Source of the DNA: Candidatus Taylorbacteria bacterium RIFCSPHIGHO2_01_FULL_46_22b
GTDB lineage: Bacteria > Patescibacteriota > Minisyncoccia > Phycocordibacterales > DSPV01
Direction of reading: 5' to 3'
DNA length: 64,000 nucleotides
Assembly: GCA_001820875.1 (NCBI GenBank)
Contig: MHRF01000013.1
Location: 73,992-137,991, forward strand
Shown: positions 37,284 through 46,606 of the stretch, piece by piece
How the letters are laid out: every line of letters starts with the position of its first letter
How positions within the stretch are numbered: the first letter of the stretch is position 1
The notes under the pieces: model-generated
Seen by the model: only the letters and a program-made list of their open reading frames with translations
The model's database searches: none
Told to the model about the DNA's origin: nothing
Program-made: the position numbers and the translations under genes

Positions 37284-37850
37284 TTACCCAAGTAGTTTGC
37301 TTGCCACGAGGCCGATAAGCACGAGGCCGATGAAATTAAAAACCAGAGAAAGAGGAATGAAAACAGACATTCGTGCTTTGGAAAGCCCTAGAAGGCTCAC
37401 CCCAAGTTCGTCTGGGAGCGGCGAAGCGATAATGAGACCTCCGGCAAGAAACGTCAGCCAGCGGAATAATCGCAGTTTAAAAAGTTTGGTAAATCTCCTG
37501 AATCTGTGCTGCTCCCTCCACAATTCAATAAGGTGTTCGGATAATCTATCTCGGATAAATCTAAAGATAACCAGATCGCCAATCAATGATCCAAACGCGC
37601 CGAAAAAAGCGGTTTCCCAAATACCGTTGGCATGTGCCATCTCTCCAAGTACTACCATAGCAGGAGCAGTGGTAAATACTGACGTGAAGAATAGGCCTGC
37701 GACAAAACTTCCGAGGAAACGAAATTCTCTCGTGGAAGCGATCAATTGATCAAGCGCTCCCGTCTGTTCAATCAAAATCGCAACGAGAATGCTTAGGATA
37801 ATTATCCCAACATCTTGTAAGAGGAAATTATTGTGTCTTCTTCTTTTCAT
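37284..37850 (-). CDS. Hypothetical membrane protein
   Basis: Multiple TM segments; IIASPLPDELG. Confidence 0.7.
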   Translation of the reverse strand: MKRRRHNNFLLQDVGIIILSILVAILIEQTGALDQLIASTREFRFLGSFVAGLFFTSVFTTAPAMVVLGEMAHANGIWETAFFGAFGSLIGDLVIFRFIRDRLSEHLIELWREQHRFRRFTKLFKLRLFRWLTFLAGGLIIASPLPDELGVSLLGLSKARMSVFIPLSLVFNFIGLVLIGLVASKLLG

Positions 37851-37855
37851 ATTTT

Positions 37856-38413
37856 TTATTTCTCCATCAATTCAAGAATCTTTCTCGTGGTGTTAAGATT
37901 ACGTACCGTTACCTCCTGATACACTTTCTTTGATGAGAGTTTGATCATTGCAGTCCTCGAAAGATCACTTGTCTTCGCCGACCAAAAAAGCACACCTTTC
38001 TTGTATACCACTGTCTCAATCCCCTGTTTGGGATTCAAACCTTCAAGAATCTTCGGCGTATCAACCGTGTGCCGTAAAAACAATACATTGTATTTCATAT
38101 CTGATCCCGTCTCCCATGATCGTGGAATATTTGTGACAATCTGCTTCATTTCATTATACGTTCGTATGACTACTTTTGAAACACATTTGAAACGTCTTTT
38201 TACTCCTTTTTCTATTTTTTCCTCAAGTTTTCTCGAGTTTTTCTCATCTGTCTGGAAAATAACATTGCCACTCTGTATATAGGTCTGTACGCGAGAAAAT
38301 CCAAGTTTCTCAAACAACTCGCCCAAATCTTTCATCTTGATAATACTGTTTCCTCCTACATTTATTCCACGCAAGAGGGCAACGTAAGTTATTTTGTTTT
38401 TAATTTCATACAT
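37856..38413 (-). CDS. DUF1697-family protein
   Basis: YVALLRGINVGG, VQTYIQSGNVIF, TVRNLNT. Confidence 0.88.
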   Translation of the reverse strand: MYEIKNKITYVALLRGINVGGNSIIKMKDLGELFEKLGFSRVQTYIQSGNVIFQTDEKNSRKLEEKIEKGVKRRFKCVSKVVIRTYNEMKQIVTNIPRSWETGSDMKYNVLFLRHTVDTPKILEGLNPKQGIETVVYKKGVLFWSAKTSDLSRTAMIKLSSKKVYQEVTVRNLNTTRKILELMEK

Positions 38414-38867
38414 CTTCGTCAGATGCATCTAATACATTTTCAAAGAAATTCAGACTTGCGGTTGTTCCCAAAAACTGACTAAATGTTTTAGCCAGTCCCG
38501 CTCTCCCTAAACTCGCTAGCAAATCATGTGCAACCCATTCAGTCATTATTTTCGGATTATTTCTAGCTTCTTCTGTAAATTGCCGACCACCAATTTTACT
38601 TGGTTCCGTAAATTGATCGAGGTAATCAGTAGTAACGTGCATGGACAGAAGCGGTGTGCATAATTCTCTCAACTCAATCGAACTTGATCTCAAAACTTCA
38701 GGGTCCCAGTTAGTCTCTAAAAGATCAGTTACTGCTCTAAATTTTGAGACAAACTTCAGCAAGAGTTCGCGTGTATCTCCTAATCCTGCTGCCTCGTAGG
38801 CTTCCCTCGACGGAAAAATTCTCGGTTTCGGAATTCTTGGCCCAATTTCTAGTGAGTTTTCGTTCAT
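38406..38867 (-). CDS. Hypothetical protein
   Basis: 153-aa ORF sitting in the operon between the SDR and DUF1697 genes. Confidence 0.6.
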   Translation of the reverse strand: MNENSLEIGPRIPKPRIFPSREAYEAAGLGDTRELLLKFVSKFRAVTDLLETNWDPEVLRSSSIELRELCTPLLSMHVTTDYLDQFTEPSKIGGRQFTEEARNNPKIMTEWVAHDLLASLGRAGLAKTFSQFLGTTASLNFFENVLDASDEDV

Positions 38868-38879
38868 AAAAATTTATTA

Positions 38880-39611
38880 CTAAACCCCCGCTGCCATAAA
38901 GCCGCCATCAACTACAAAATCTTGACCATTAACAAACGACGCTTTGTCGCTAACTAAAAAACAGAGCAGTTCGCCGATTTCACTAGGTTGACCAACGCGT
39001 CCCACAAGTGCGCTTTTGGCAGTCTGCCAAACCGCATCTGTCCATGTTTTGGTAAACGCAGTCTCGGTAAACCCCGGGGAAACTGAATTAACTGCAATGT
39101 GTGGTGCAAATTCCCTCGCTAAATCTGCCGATAAATTTTTAATTGCTGCCTTGCTGATTGAATAGGGAGCGCGATTGGTACCCCCAGCCATATCATGTCC
39201 GCGCACCGATGCGATATTTACAATTCTTCCTGATTTATTTTTCTGCATATGCGGAATAACTGCCTGACAGACATGAATAATTCCAAGTACATTTACATTG
39301 AATGCATCAAGCCAATCCGCATCGGTTGCTTCAAGAAACGGTTTAACCTTGGGAATACCTATGCAATTAATAAGTCCATCAATCCGACCAACTCTTTTTA
39401 TAAGCGTTTCAATTGAAGCAAGCACTGCATTTCTATCTGTTGCATCAAAAGCGATAAAATCAACATTAAGTTCCTTAACAAGATCTTTTAACTCTGCACT
39501 CTCGGTTCGTCCATGCACAATGACACGTGCACCATAGGAAACCGCGAGCCTTGCCGTTGCTCCTCCTATTCCTCGTGCACCAGTTATTAAAATAATTTTA
39601 TCCTTGAGCAT
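38880..39611 (-). CDS. SDR-family oxidoreductase
   Basis: TGARGIG, YSISK, VNSVSPG, VDGG. Confidence 0.92.
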   Translation of the reverse strand: MLKDKIILITGARGIGGATARLAVSYGARVIVHGRTESAELKDLVKELNVDFIAFDATDRNAVLASIETLIKRVGRIDGLINCIGIPKVKPFLEATDADWLDAFNVNVLGIIHVCQAVIPHMQKNKSGRIVNIASVRGHDMAGGTNRAPYSISKAAIKNLSADLAREFAPHIAVNSVSPGFTETAFTKTWTDAVWQTAKSALVGRVGQPSEIGELLCFLVSDKASFVNGQDFVVDGGFMAAGV

Positions 39612-39639
39612 ACAAAAATTGTATCAGTCTGCACCAAAT

Positions 39640-40536
39640 CTACCAACCTCCAGACGCACCGCCGCCACCTGATGATCCGCCACCAAACCCTCCAAAACTA
39701 CTACCAGAGCCCCCAGATGTCCCTCCGCCCCCAATCCACCACGGGGCTTTGGCGCCGCGCGAACGCGCGGCGCCAAATGCAGATGAAACAATGAAATCAA
39801 ATAGCAGCCCAAATCCGCCAAGCGCAATCATAAGCGCGATTGCTAATCCAATACCTAGTGAGAAAACATACCCTCCAGAAAGACCCGCGATTATGCCAAG
39901 CACACCTCCGAGCCACCAGCTCTTGCTCCTTCCTAAAATTGCGCCAAGCCACTGAAAGACAAAAACAATCGCAACGAAAAGAACAATAAAATTCTCATTC
40001 AACAATCCCCAAAATGATCCGCTAGGGATCTCGGTCGCAATATATTCGTACTGCGAAGCCTTAATCAGATTTTCAATTCCTGCCTGTATGCCTCCTGAAT
40101 AATCATCTGCTTTGAACCGTGGGAGAATATCTTTTTGAATAATCTGGTTTGCGGTTGCATCCGGCACGGCTCCCTCAAGGCCATATCCAACTTCAATGCG
40201 CACCTTGCGATCGTCTTTGGCAACCAACAATAAAATTCCATTATCCTGATCTTTCTTCCCTATTCCCCAATCCGCAAAGAGAGAGACCGCATAGCCTTCT
40301 ATCGTATCTCCTTCAAGAGAATTAATCGTCACAAGCGCAATTTCATTGGTCGTACTTGCCTCAAACGCACGCAATTGCGTTTCAAGCAGCTCTATCTCAT
40401 CAGTAGTCAATAAATTTGCAAAGTCATTTACGAATCCAGTTGGAGTAAGGCTTGTGTATGCATGCAAGAACTGTGGCAACACAAAATATCCCAAAAGGAT
40501 AAGGGAGAAAACCGGTAGTGTAAGACGTCCCCGCAT
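39640..40536 (-). CDS. TPM-domain (YgcG-like) protein
   Basis: WGIGKKDQDNGILLLVA..DRKVRIEVGYGLEG; Gly-rich tail GGGASGGW. Confidence 0.92.
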   Translation of the reverse strand: MRGRLTLPVFSLILLGYFVLPQFLHAYTSLTPTGFVNDFANLLTTDEIELLETQLRAFEASTTNEIALVTINSLEGDTIEGYAVSLFADWGIGKKDQDNGILLLVAKDDRKVRIEVGYGLEGAVPDATANQIIQKDILPRFKADDYSGGIQAGIENLIKASQYEYIATEIPSGSFWGLLNENFIVLFVAIVFVFQWLGAILGRSKSWWLGGVLGIIAGLSGGYVFSLGIGLAIALMIALGGFGLLFDFIVSSAFGAARSRGAKAPWWIGGGGTSGGSGSSFGGFGGGSSGGGGASGGW

Positions 40537-40540
40537 GGGG

Positions 40541-41128
40541 TTAAATTTTTACCTGTGGAACAATTTCAGCTCCCGCCGCGGCCTCAAAATATGCTCGTTC
40601 ATCAAATCCAAAGAGTGATGCGAGAATATTATTCGGTACCCTCTTTACCTTCAAATTGTATGTTCTGACAAGTTCGTTGAACCGGTTGCGTTCAACACTT
40701 ACACGGTTTTCGGTTCCTTCAAGTTGTGCCATCAAGGTCGAAACTGTTTCAGAAGAGCGAAGTTGCGGGTAGTTTTCGGTAATCACCAAGAGCCGACCGA
40801 GTGCGCTTTCCATCTGACCTGCGGCTGCTGCTTTCTCGTCAACAGTCCGTGCACCTGCATACTGTGACCGCGCTTCGGCAATCTGACCAAACACCTCCTG
40901 CTCCTGTTGCATAATTCCCTTTACCGATTCTACCAAGTTAGGAATCAAATCGAATCGGCGCTGATATTGCGCTTCCACCTGCGCCCACTGGGTATCAACT
41001 CCCTCATTTGTACTCACCAAACCGTTATATGCAAAAACCAACCACAAACCAGCGACAACAATTACGATTAAAACAATCAGCCAAACCTTGCTAAATCCGC
41101 GCGAAGCGGACAGAGAGAAATTTTTCAT
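40541..41128 (-). CDS. lemA: LemA-family protein
   Basis: YQRRFDLIPNLV, ENYPQLRS, LEGTENRVSVER. Confidence 0.93.
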   Translation of the reverse strand: MKNFSLSASRGFSKVWLIVLIVIVVAGLWLVFAYNGLVSTNEGVDTQWAQVEAQYQRRFDLIPNLVESVKGIMQQEQEVFGQIAEARSQYAGARTVDEKAAAAGQMESALGRLLVITENYPQLRSSETVSTLMAQLEGTENRVSVERNRFNELVRTYNLKVKRVPNNILASLFGFDERAYFEAAAGAEIVPQVKI

Positions 41129-41177
41129 GCCCTTATTTTAATAAAGATGTAAATAAATGCAACTTTAGAAAAGAGAA

Positions 41178-41203
41178 GAGCCCGACTGCATGCAGTCGGG
41201 CTC
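41178..41203 (-). terminator. Perfect 26-bp palindrome, probable terminator
   Basis: GAGCCCGACTGCATGCAGTCGGGCTC just downstream of the 41224 ORF. Confidence 0.7.
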
Positions 41204-41223
41204 GAGGGAAAGACGGGCTGGAA

Positions 41224-41733
41224 TCAGTCCAGCCTGATTCGGGGCTGGTTGTTCCCGTACCACCGCTCAGGGCGTGCGCGCGGCACAAGTTCCTCTTTCG
41301 CGAAAGGTCGCGTAGCCGCCAGAGCTTGCTCCGAAGGAAGCATCAGGGTTCCCAAAGCTTGGCGCTCTTGTGCCACAGCCTTGATAGTCCGCAAATTCCC
41401 TACACGTTTTGCCCTCCACGTATCGTTGCAAAAACAAGCAAACATGCGGCCGACCGCACTTTTCACGACCGCGACCGTCGGCGCCAACATCATGACCTCC
41501 ACCGGAACAATACTTTCGTCCTGAAGAAGCTTAAGGTGGCGGGCGAGCTGTGCTCCGAATGGTCCCATCTTATTAACGGCGCTGCGGGCCGCTTGAAGCG
41601 CCTTCCGCGGCTCCTTGATTCCGTTGAACGGAAATGTGGGTCCTGCACCATGCCGTTGAGCGCGCCGCTCGGCATGCGCAACCACATAGTGTGGGGTTCC
41701 CGGTGCGAATTGGTTGACAGATCGTTGTTTCAT
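41224..41733 (-). CDS. Hypothetical basic protein
   Basis: GC-richer ORF with its own terminator. Confidence 0.55.
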   Translation of the reverse strand: MKQRSVNQFAPGTPHYVVAHAERRAQRHGAGPTFPFNGIKEPRKALQAARSAVNKMGPFGAQLARHLKLLQDESIVPVEVMMLAPTVAVVKSAVGRMFACFCNDTWRAKRVGNLRTIKAVAQERQALGTLMLPSEQALAATRPFAKEELVPRARPERWYGNNQPRIRLD

Positions 41734-41861
41734 ATTAGAAATGTACTGCAATCTGAATTATGTCGGTATTGGTGATGTTGCCAAAACAAAAGCAACCCTT
41801 CGATAAAGGATTGTATCATAGAATATATACTAAGTCAATCTCTGAAATTTAACTTAAACCA

Positions 41862-42608
41862 TTAGTTCGAAACCACTTTAAATTTGAGTACGTAACTCTC
41901 CGGAACAGGATCACTGCCGGATTTGCGAGGTGGGTTGATCTCCTCAATTGATATTCGATAGGAATCGAAAGCAAGTGGCACTTCGTCCGATGCCATATTT
42001 CTAGTTTCCGTATCAGTATTGCTCTTGAGAGTAACATTTACTGTAATTCCGCCACCTTCCATACATTGTTCATCAATAGGACAGCGGCTTTCCTGCACAA
42101 CACTATTGAGCGTGATACGGACGCCATTAATCACCGCGCTCTTTCCTACTCCAACTTCGCCAATCGTGGGATCGCCTGCATCCCCTTCCAATAACTCTAA
42201 TCTATCAACAGAAAAAATATTTCCTTCGGTAAAAGTTCCAAACGCTTTGACATTTTTTCCAACTAATTCACCGAGTGTACTGCTTTCCTTAATCACCAGA
42301 GGCATTACGTAATTGACTTCCGTTCCCCCTCCAATTTCCGGCGCCGGCAGAATTAACGTAAATCCTTCCGAATTCTGCCGAAGCATCCCTTTTATAAAGG
42401 GTTGCTGATTAGGACATGCACTAAACTGACATCGCGGTGCAACACGCCCGACATGTGAACCATCCTGACACATCAGTGCTTCCTTCGTGCATGTAACAAA
42501 TTCGCCACGGGTCTGATCTTTAAATAAGAATGCGAAAAAAGCACTTCCTACTAGGAAGACACTGACAAATGCCCCAAGAATAATTTTGGTACGCAACGCA
42601 ATTCTCAT
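41862..42608 (-). CDS. Membrane-anchored protein with a small Cys-rich motif
   Basis: N-terminal TM; CTKEALMCQDGSHVGRVAPRCQFSACP; ESRCPIDEQC. Confidence 0.75.
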   Translation of the reverse strand: MRIALRTKIILGAFVSVFLVGSAFFAFLFKDQTRGEFVTCTKEALMCQDGSHVGRVAPRCQFSACPNQQPFIKGMLRQNSEGFTLILPAPEIGGGTEVNYVMPLVIKESSTLGELVGKNVKAFGTFTEGNIFSVDRLELLEGDAGDPTIGEVGVGKSAVINGVRITLNSVVQESRCPIDEQCMEGGGITVNVTLKSNTDTETRNMASDEVPLAFDSYRISIEEINPPRKSGSDPVPESYVLKFKVVSN

Positions 42609-42614
42609 GCGAGA

Positions 42615-43727
42615 TTATTGTACCAAGTTCCCAATGAGGAATCCTGAAAGCTCGCTTGCAGGACGCGGCTGCCCTCCATGTTGTCCTGAAAATTCTGCTG
42701 TTCCATCAGTTCCGCAAAGACTTTTAATCGCCGCTTGCCCTCCGGGGTGCCGGCTGATCCAAGAAGTCAGATCGTATACTTTTCCACTAATGGTCGCCCA
42801 GCAACTCGCGCTCGTATTATGTGTCTGCACTTGCGCAAATGTATACGTCTTCACGTTTGACTGTGTTGAAGAAGTTGATGTTGCAGTCGTTGTAGTTGCA
42901 GTGGTTTGAGTTGATACAGTCGAACTGCTGCCCGCGCCAAACAACGCGCTTAGCAATGTGAGTATGTTCGCGCGATTCTGCAGCACGTTGGAAGTACTCG
43001 TTCCTACTTGCACCTCAAGTGCCTCCCCGAGTGCTTCTTTGTTGTCATCTGCAGAAAGATTAAAGAAGAAACGATACCACGGGAACTTTACCTTTACTTT
43101 TAAGTCGTCCGAGACCGAGACGGTCATCGGAAGGTTTGAGTTAAACAAACCAAACAATTTTGCCGGACGATGAAATTCAACCTTCACTCCGCTGTCGTCA
43201 ATCTCTACTTCTGACAATCGGTCATGAGAGAGCAGAACACCTTGTGCAAAATGTTCCAAATCCTGCTGTGTTTGAATTTGGAGCGTGCTTTTTAAAGCAA
43301 GCATTGCTTCCTGCTTCTGACTATCATCGAAACCGCGTACCGATCGCGCTTCTATCCTGATGTGATTCTCGTCTTCATCTGAATCGTCGGAATCAGAACG
43401 AGATGAGTCATTTGAATCTTCCACGCTGTCAGATGCGGAGCTACTTGAGCTCTTCCATCTCCTCTCCTCTTCAGATTTTGATACAGAAGATGAATTGCTG
43501 CCTCCTGCCTTCACTTGGACAGTGCCGTCTTCAATCTCGATTTCTACTTCAGTTTCTTGTTCGCCTTCAAATTCGCCACTAGAACTGCGTGTTTGAGCCT
43601 CCAAACCAGCCTGTACATTTAATTGTAGGTTGGTGTCATCCGACCCCTTGGCACTCACTGACAGGCCAAATCCTTGCAAACTAAAACTAAAAACTAATAT
43701 AAAAAGTACCAATGAAATTTTACGCAT
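42615..43727 (-). CDS. Secreted protein with a C-terminal cytochrome b5-like heme-binding domain
   Basis: Signal peptide; HNTSASCW..ISGKVYDLTSWISRHPGG...CGTDGTAEFSGQH. Confidence 0.85.
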   Translation of the reverse strand: MRKISLVLFILVFSFSLQGFGLSVSAKGSDDTNLQLNVQAGLEAQTRSSSGEFEGEQETEVEIEIEDGTVQVKAGGSNSSSVSKSEEERRWKSSSSSASDSVEDSNDSSRSDSDDSDEDENHIRIEARSVRGFDDSQKQEAMLALKSTLQIQTQQDLEHFAQGVLLSHDRLSEVEIDDSGVKVEFHRPAKLFGLFNSNLPMTVSVSDDLKVKVKFPWYRFFFNLSADDNKEALGEALEVQVGTSTSNVLQNRANILTLLSALFGAGSSSTVSTQTTATTTTATSTSSTQSNVKTYTFAQVQTHNTSASCWATISGKVYDLTSWISRHPGGQAAIKSLCGTDGTAEFSGQHGGQPRPASELSGFLIGNLVQ

Positions 43728-43762
43728 AACTGTAAACTACTTATTAATGATAGGCATACAGC

Positions 43763-43808
43763 AAAGGGTATTAAACCCTTTGTTGCCGTCGCTCGTTCGG
43801 CAATAATA
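43763..43808. repeat. Minimal, inverted copy of the nested repeat family
   Basis: Reverse complement TTATTGCCGAACGAGCGACGGCAACAAAGGGTTTAATACCCTTT matches both ends of the long copies. Confidence 0.8.
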
Positions 43809-43910
43809 CATGACGAACCATAGCTCTGTCTATTACCAAAATCTAACTCTTGCATTTAAAAGAGCCCCATCAGAATCGTGCTGACTCTGATGGGATTGAG
43901 GTTGTTGTTT

Positions 43911-44735
43911 TTACTTCACGAGCCGAAAGAACTTCGCAGTAGCGTCAATTGCCACTGTTGTGGAAACAAAACCATTGCCAACGGGCGCGGCCGAGTAACC
44001 GAAAGAAGTGTACGGTCCGGTAACTTCTGCCGCCCGCACGAGAGCGTACCCTCCGGAATACACATTTGTGTTCCATGAAATCTTCACACTACTCGGATTG
44101 AGTTGCACAATCGTGAAATTGGTCCCTGAAGGAACAATGGGGGGCGATAAAGGGAGCGCAATCCATTCGACAGCATCAATCCAACAATCGGCAAACCCGG
44201 CGGACCCGTGCGTCATGGTCCATACCAGTTTGATTGTCGAGTTCGTGATCGGACCAATGTTGTTGTAACTCACCTTCGTCCACCCGTTCTTCGGTGTGTT
44301 GATCGGGAGTTGGCCCAAAGTGGTATTGCCAAAGACAATCGCTGTACTCAAATAATCCCCACTTGACCATGATCCTTTGTACCAAAAAGAAAAGTTGTGG
44401 CGAAGTGGTATGGACGTCCCTGGTGAATAGTCATTGGGGCGAGTGATGTACAGATTTGCGCGATTGCCAGAACCGAATACCGACAAGAGGTAGGAATTGA
44501 CCCCTAGGTTGTTGGTGTGGGAGGCACTATTTTGGGCTTGTTCATAATACACAGACCCATCTTGCCCAATCTGTGTGTTCCAATTTGGATCCGTCAGGAT
44601 ATTCCCTGTAAAAGGAGGGAGACCCAAGAACTGCGCAGGCCCAGGAGGAGTTGATTGAGCACTTGCTATCTCAGCCATCAGCAAAGTGGCAGCGAGCGAC
44701 ACGGCAAGTGGAACCAACCGTAATTTTTTCGTCAT
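43911..44735 (-). CDS. Secreted beta-sandwich protein
   Basis: Signal peptide ..AEIASA; C-terminal VKISW...YALVRAAEVTGPY...AKFFRLVK. Confidence 0.75.
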   Translation of the reverse strand: MTKKLRLVPLAVSLAATLLMAEIASAQSTPPGPAQFLGLPPFTGNILTDPNWNTQIGQDGSVYYEQAQNSASHTNNLGVNSYLLSVFGSGNRANLYITRPNDYSPGTSIPLRHNFSFWYKGSWSSGDYLSTAIVFGNTTLGQLPINTPKNGWTKVSYNNIGPITNSTIKLVWTMTHGSAGFADCWIDAVEWIALPLSPPIVPSGTNFTIVQLNPSSVKISWNTNVYSGGYALVRAAEVTGPYTSFGYSAAPVGNGFVSTTVAIDATAKFFRLVK

Positions 44736-44877
44736 ACAGTGGAGACTTTCTCTTGTTTCTTGTTTTTCCGTAAAGAATCCAGATTCTGAAGAACCCTGAT
44801 TCTGTCATAGATGCCGTATGAAAGAAGCCGCCATTACAAAGACAATTAGCCTTGTCTTTTCAATTTTAAAAGGATTC

Positions 44878-46158
44878 TTAGCAATGACTGCCAGCAACAA
44901 AACCAGTCGTCCACCCGAGCTGAAGACTATATCCCCCCGACGGGCGATCGATATTGAGTACATCCCCTACTAAAAATAGATTGGGGAGTTTGCGGGATTC
45001 CATGGTTTTAAAATTGACTTCAGTAAGAGAAACGCCTCCAGAAGAAACAATCGCTTTCTCCGCACCAAGTAAACTCTTAACATGTAATGGAATCGATTTA
45101 AGCAACAGTGTGAGTGTGTTGCGATCCTCACTTCGCACACTGTGATTGACTGTCTCGCCGTCAATCTGTGCAATTGAAAGTAGAGGTGTTACAAGCGCCG
45201 CAGGAATCAGAGAGTTTAAACTATTCTTGAGTTTTTTATTACTCTCTGCCACAAGTAGTGCCTGTAATTTAGCTTTGAGCGCTCCATGATTGAGTTTAGG
45301 AAATAGATCCAACACAATTTGCACTTCGCCATACTGCAGAAGTTCACCGACCTCTCTGCTCATATGTAACACGGCTGGACCACTGATGCCAAAATGAGTA
45401 AATAGGAGTTTCCCTGTGTGCACTCGTCGCTTTTGCTTGGGACCTAAATCCTCTTGTTTTTGGCCGTCCTGAAAGATAGTTAACTTGATATCAGACAGCG
45501 TTATTCCTCCCAATTTTTTAGCCCATGCATCAAAAAGAGCGATCGGCACCAACGCAAAATTATTTTCAATAATCGTATGTCCAAGTTTCTTCAGCCACAT
45601 AAACCCTTCTCCAGTTGATCCAGTCTCTGGACGTGAAGTACCGCCGGTTGCCACCACACATGATTTTGCAGTGGTTTCTGTTCCGTCTTTCAACTTGATG
45701 CGAAAATTTTTTGTAGTATGGTCAAAAGATATTCCCGAAACAACTGCATTGATTTGTACTTTCACCCGAGTCTCACGTATATAATCCACGAGTACATCCC
45801 AAACCGATTGTGATTTATCTGAAACCGGAAACATCCTGCCTTCCGCCTCTTCTTTGGTCGGCATACCGCGGCCATTGAAAAACTCAACGGTCTCTTTGAC
45901 CGCAAATTGTGAAAAAGCGGAAAAAAGGAACTTACCATTGCCTTTATATTTTGCAAGCATCTCTCTGACATCAGTCTTGTTGTTCGTCACATTGCATCGT
46001 CCCCCACCGGTGATCAAAAGCTTCTTACCAAGTGTGGAATTTTTTTCAAGCAACACCACCGATCGGCCACGCTCTGCTGCTCGCCCAGCGGTCATCATGC
46101 CGGCAGGACCGCCGCCAATCACCACGACATCGTATATCTTATTATTTTTTTCTTGCAT
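44878..46158 (-). CDS. HI0933/YhiN/BaiN-family flavoprotein
   Basis: GGGPAG, GKKLLITGGGRCNVTN, LLFTHFGISGP, SGGYSLQ. Likely start is MQEKNNK. Confidence 0.92.
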   Translation of the reverse strand: MQEKNNKIYDVVVIGGGPAGMMTAGRAAERGRSVVLLEKNSTLGKKLLITGGGRCNVTNNKTDVREMLAKYKGNGKFLFSAFSQFAVKETVEFFNGRGMPTKEEAEGRMFPVSDKSQSVWDVLVDYIRETRVKVQINAVVSGISFDHTTKNFRIKLKDGTETTAKSCVVATGGTSRPETGSTGEGFMWLKKLGHTIIENNFALVPIALFDAWAKKLGGITLSDIKLTIFQDGQKQEDLGPKQKRRVHTGKLLFTHFGISGPAVLHMSREVGELLQYGEVQIVLDLFPKLNHGALKAKLQALLVAESNKKLKNSLNSLIPAALVTPLLSIAQIDGETVNHSVRSEDRNTLTLLLKSIPLHVKSLLGAEKAIVSSGGVSLTEVNFKTMESRKLPNLFLVGDVLNIDRPSGGYSLQLGWTTGFVAGSHC

Positions 46159-46173
46159 AACAACCATAACGAC

Positions 46174-46207
46174 AACATCCTTAAATACTCCAGTTTTTAA
46201 GGGTGTT
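46174..46207. promoter_or_regulatory. Palindromic operator, copy 2 (upstream of the flavoprotein gene)
   Basis: AACATCCTTAAATACT-CC-AGTTTTTAAGGGTGTT. Confidence 0.65.
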
Positions 46208-46490
46208 ATTTCGTACAACGAAAAGACTCTAGAAAACGTGCGAATGTCTTTCCATATGGAGATAAAGTATGTTCGACAAACCTACTTCTGTATTTTTTAT
46301 TAACTAATCCTGCTGCATAGAGACGTCTCAAATGTTCGCCGATTGTTTTTGGATTTGCCTCTAAAATTTCTATAATACGCATGAGGCTCACGTTGGGGTT
46401 ATCAGCTATCGTTAGGAGAATTTCGATGCGATAGTGGTTTGCCATACCCTTAAGGTGTCGCTCCATTTGTTTTGCTGTCTTTAATTTCAT
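46206..46490 (-). CDS. ArsR-like winged-helix regulator
   Basis: MANHYRIEILLTI...TIGEHLRRLYAAGLV. Confidence 0.82.
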   Translation of the reverse strand: MKLKTAKQMERHLKGMANHYRIEILLTIADNPNVSLMRIIEILEANPKTIGEHLRRLYAAGLVNKKYRSRFVEHTLSPYGKTFARFLESFRCTK

Positions 46491-46508
46491 TATAAGTTAT
46501 ATTACACT

Positions 46509-46540
46509 ATATCCTTAAAAACTCCAGTTTTTAAGGATAT
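46509..46540. promoter_or_regulatory. Palindromic operator, copy 1 (upstream of the ArsR-like gene)
   Basis: ATATCCTTAAAAACT-CC-AGTTTTTAAGGATAT perfect inverted repeat. Confidence 0.7.
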
Positions 46541-46606
46541 GTCTTATTTAAAACAGGTGTAATCGGATTACAAATCAGGTACTTCGAGTACACATACGTG
46601 CTCTCC

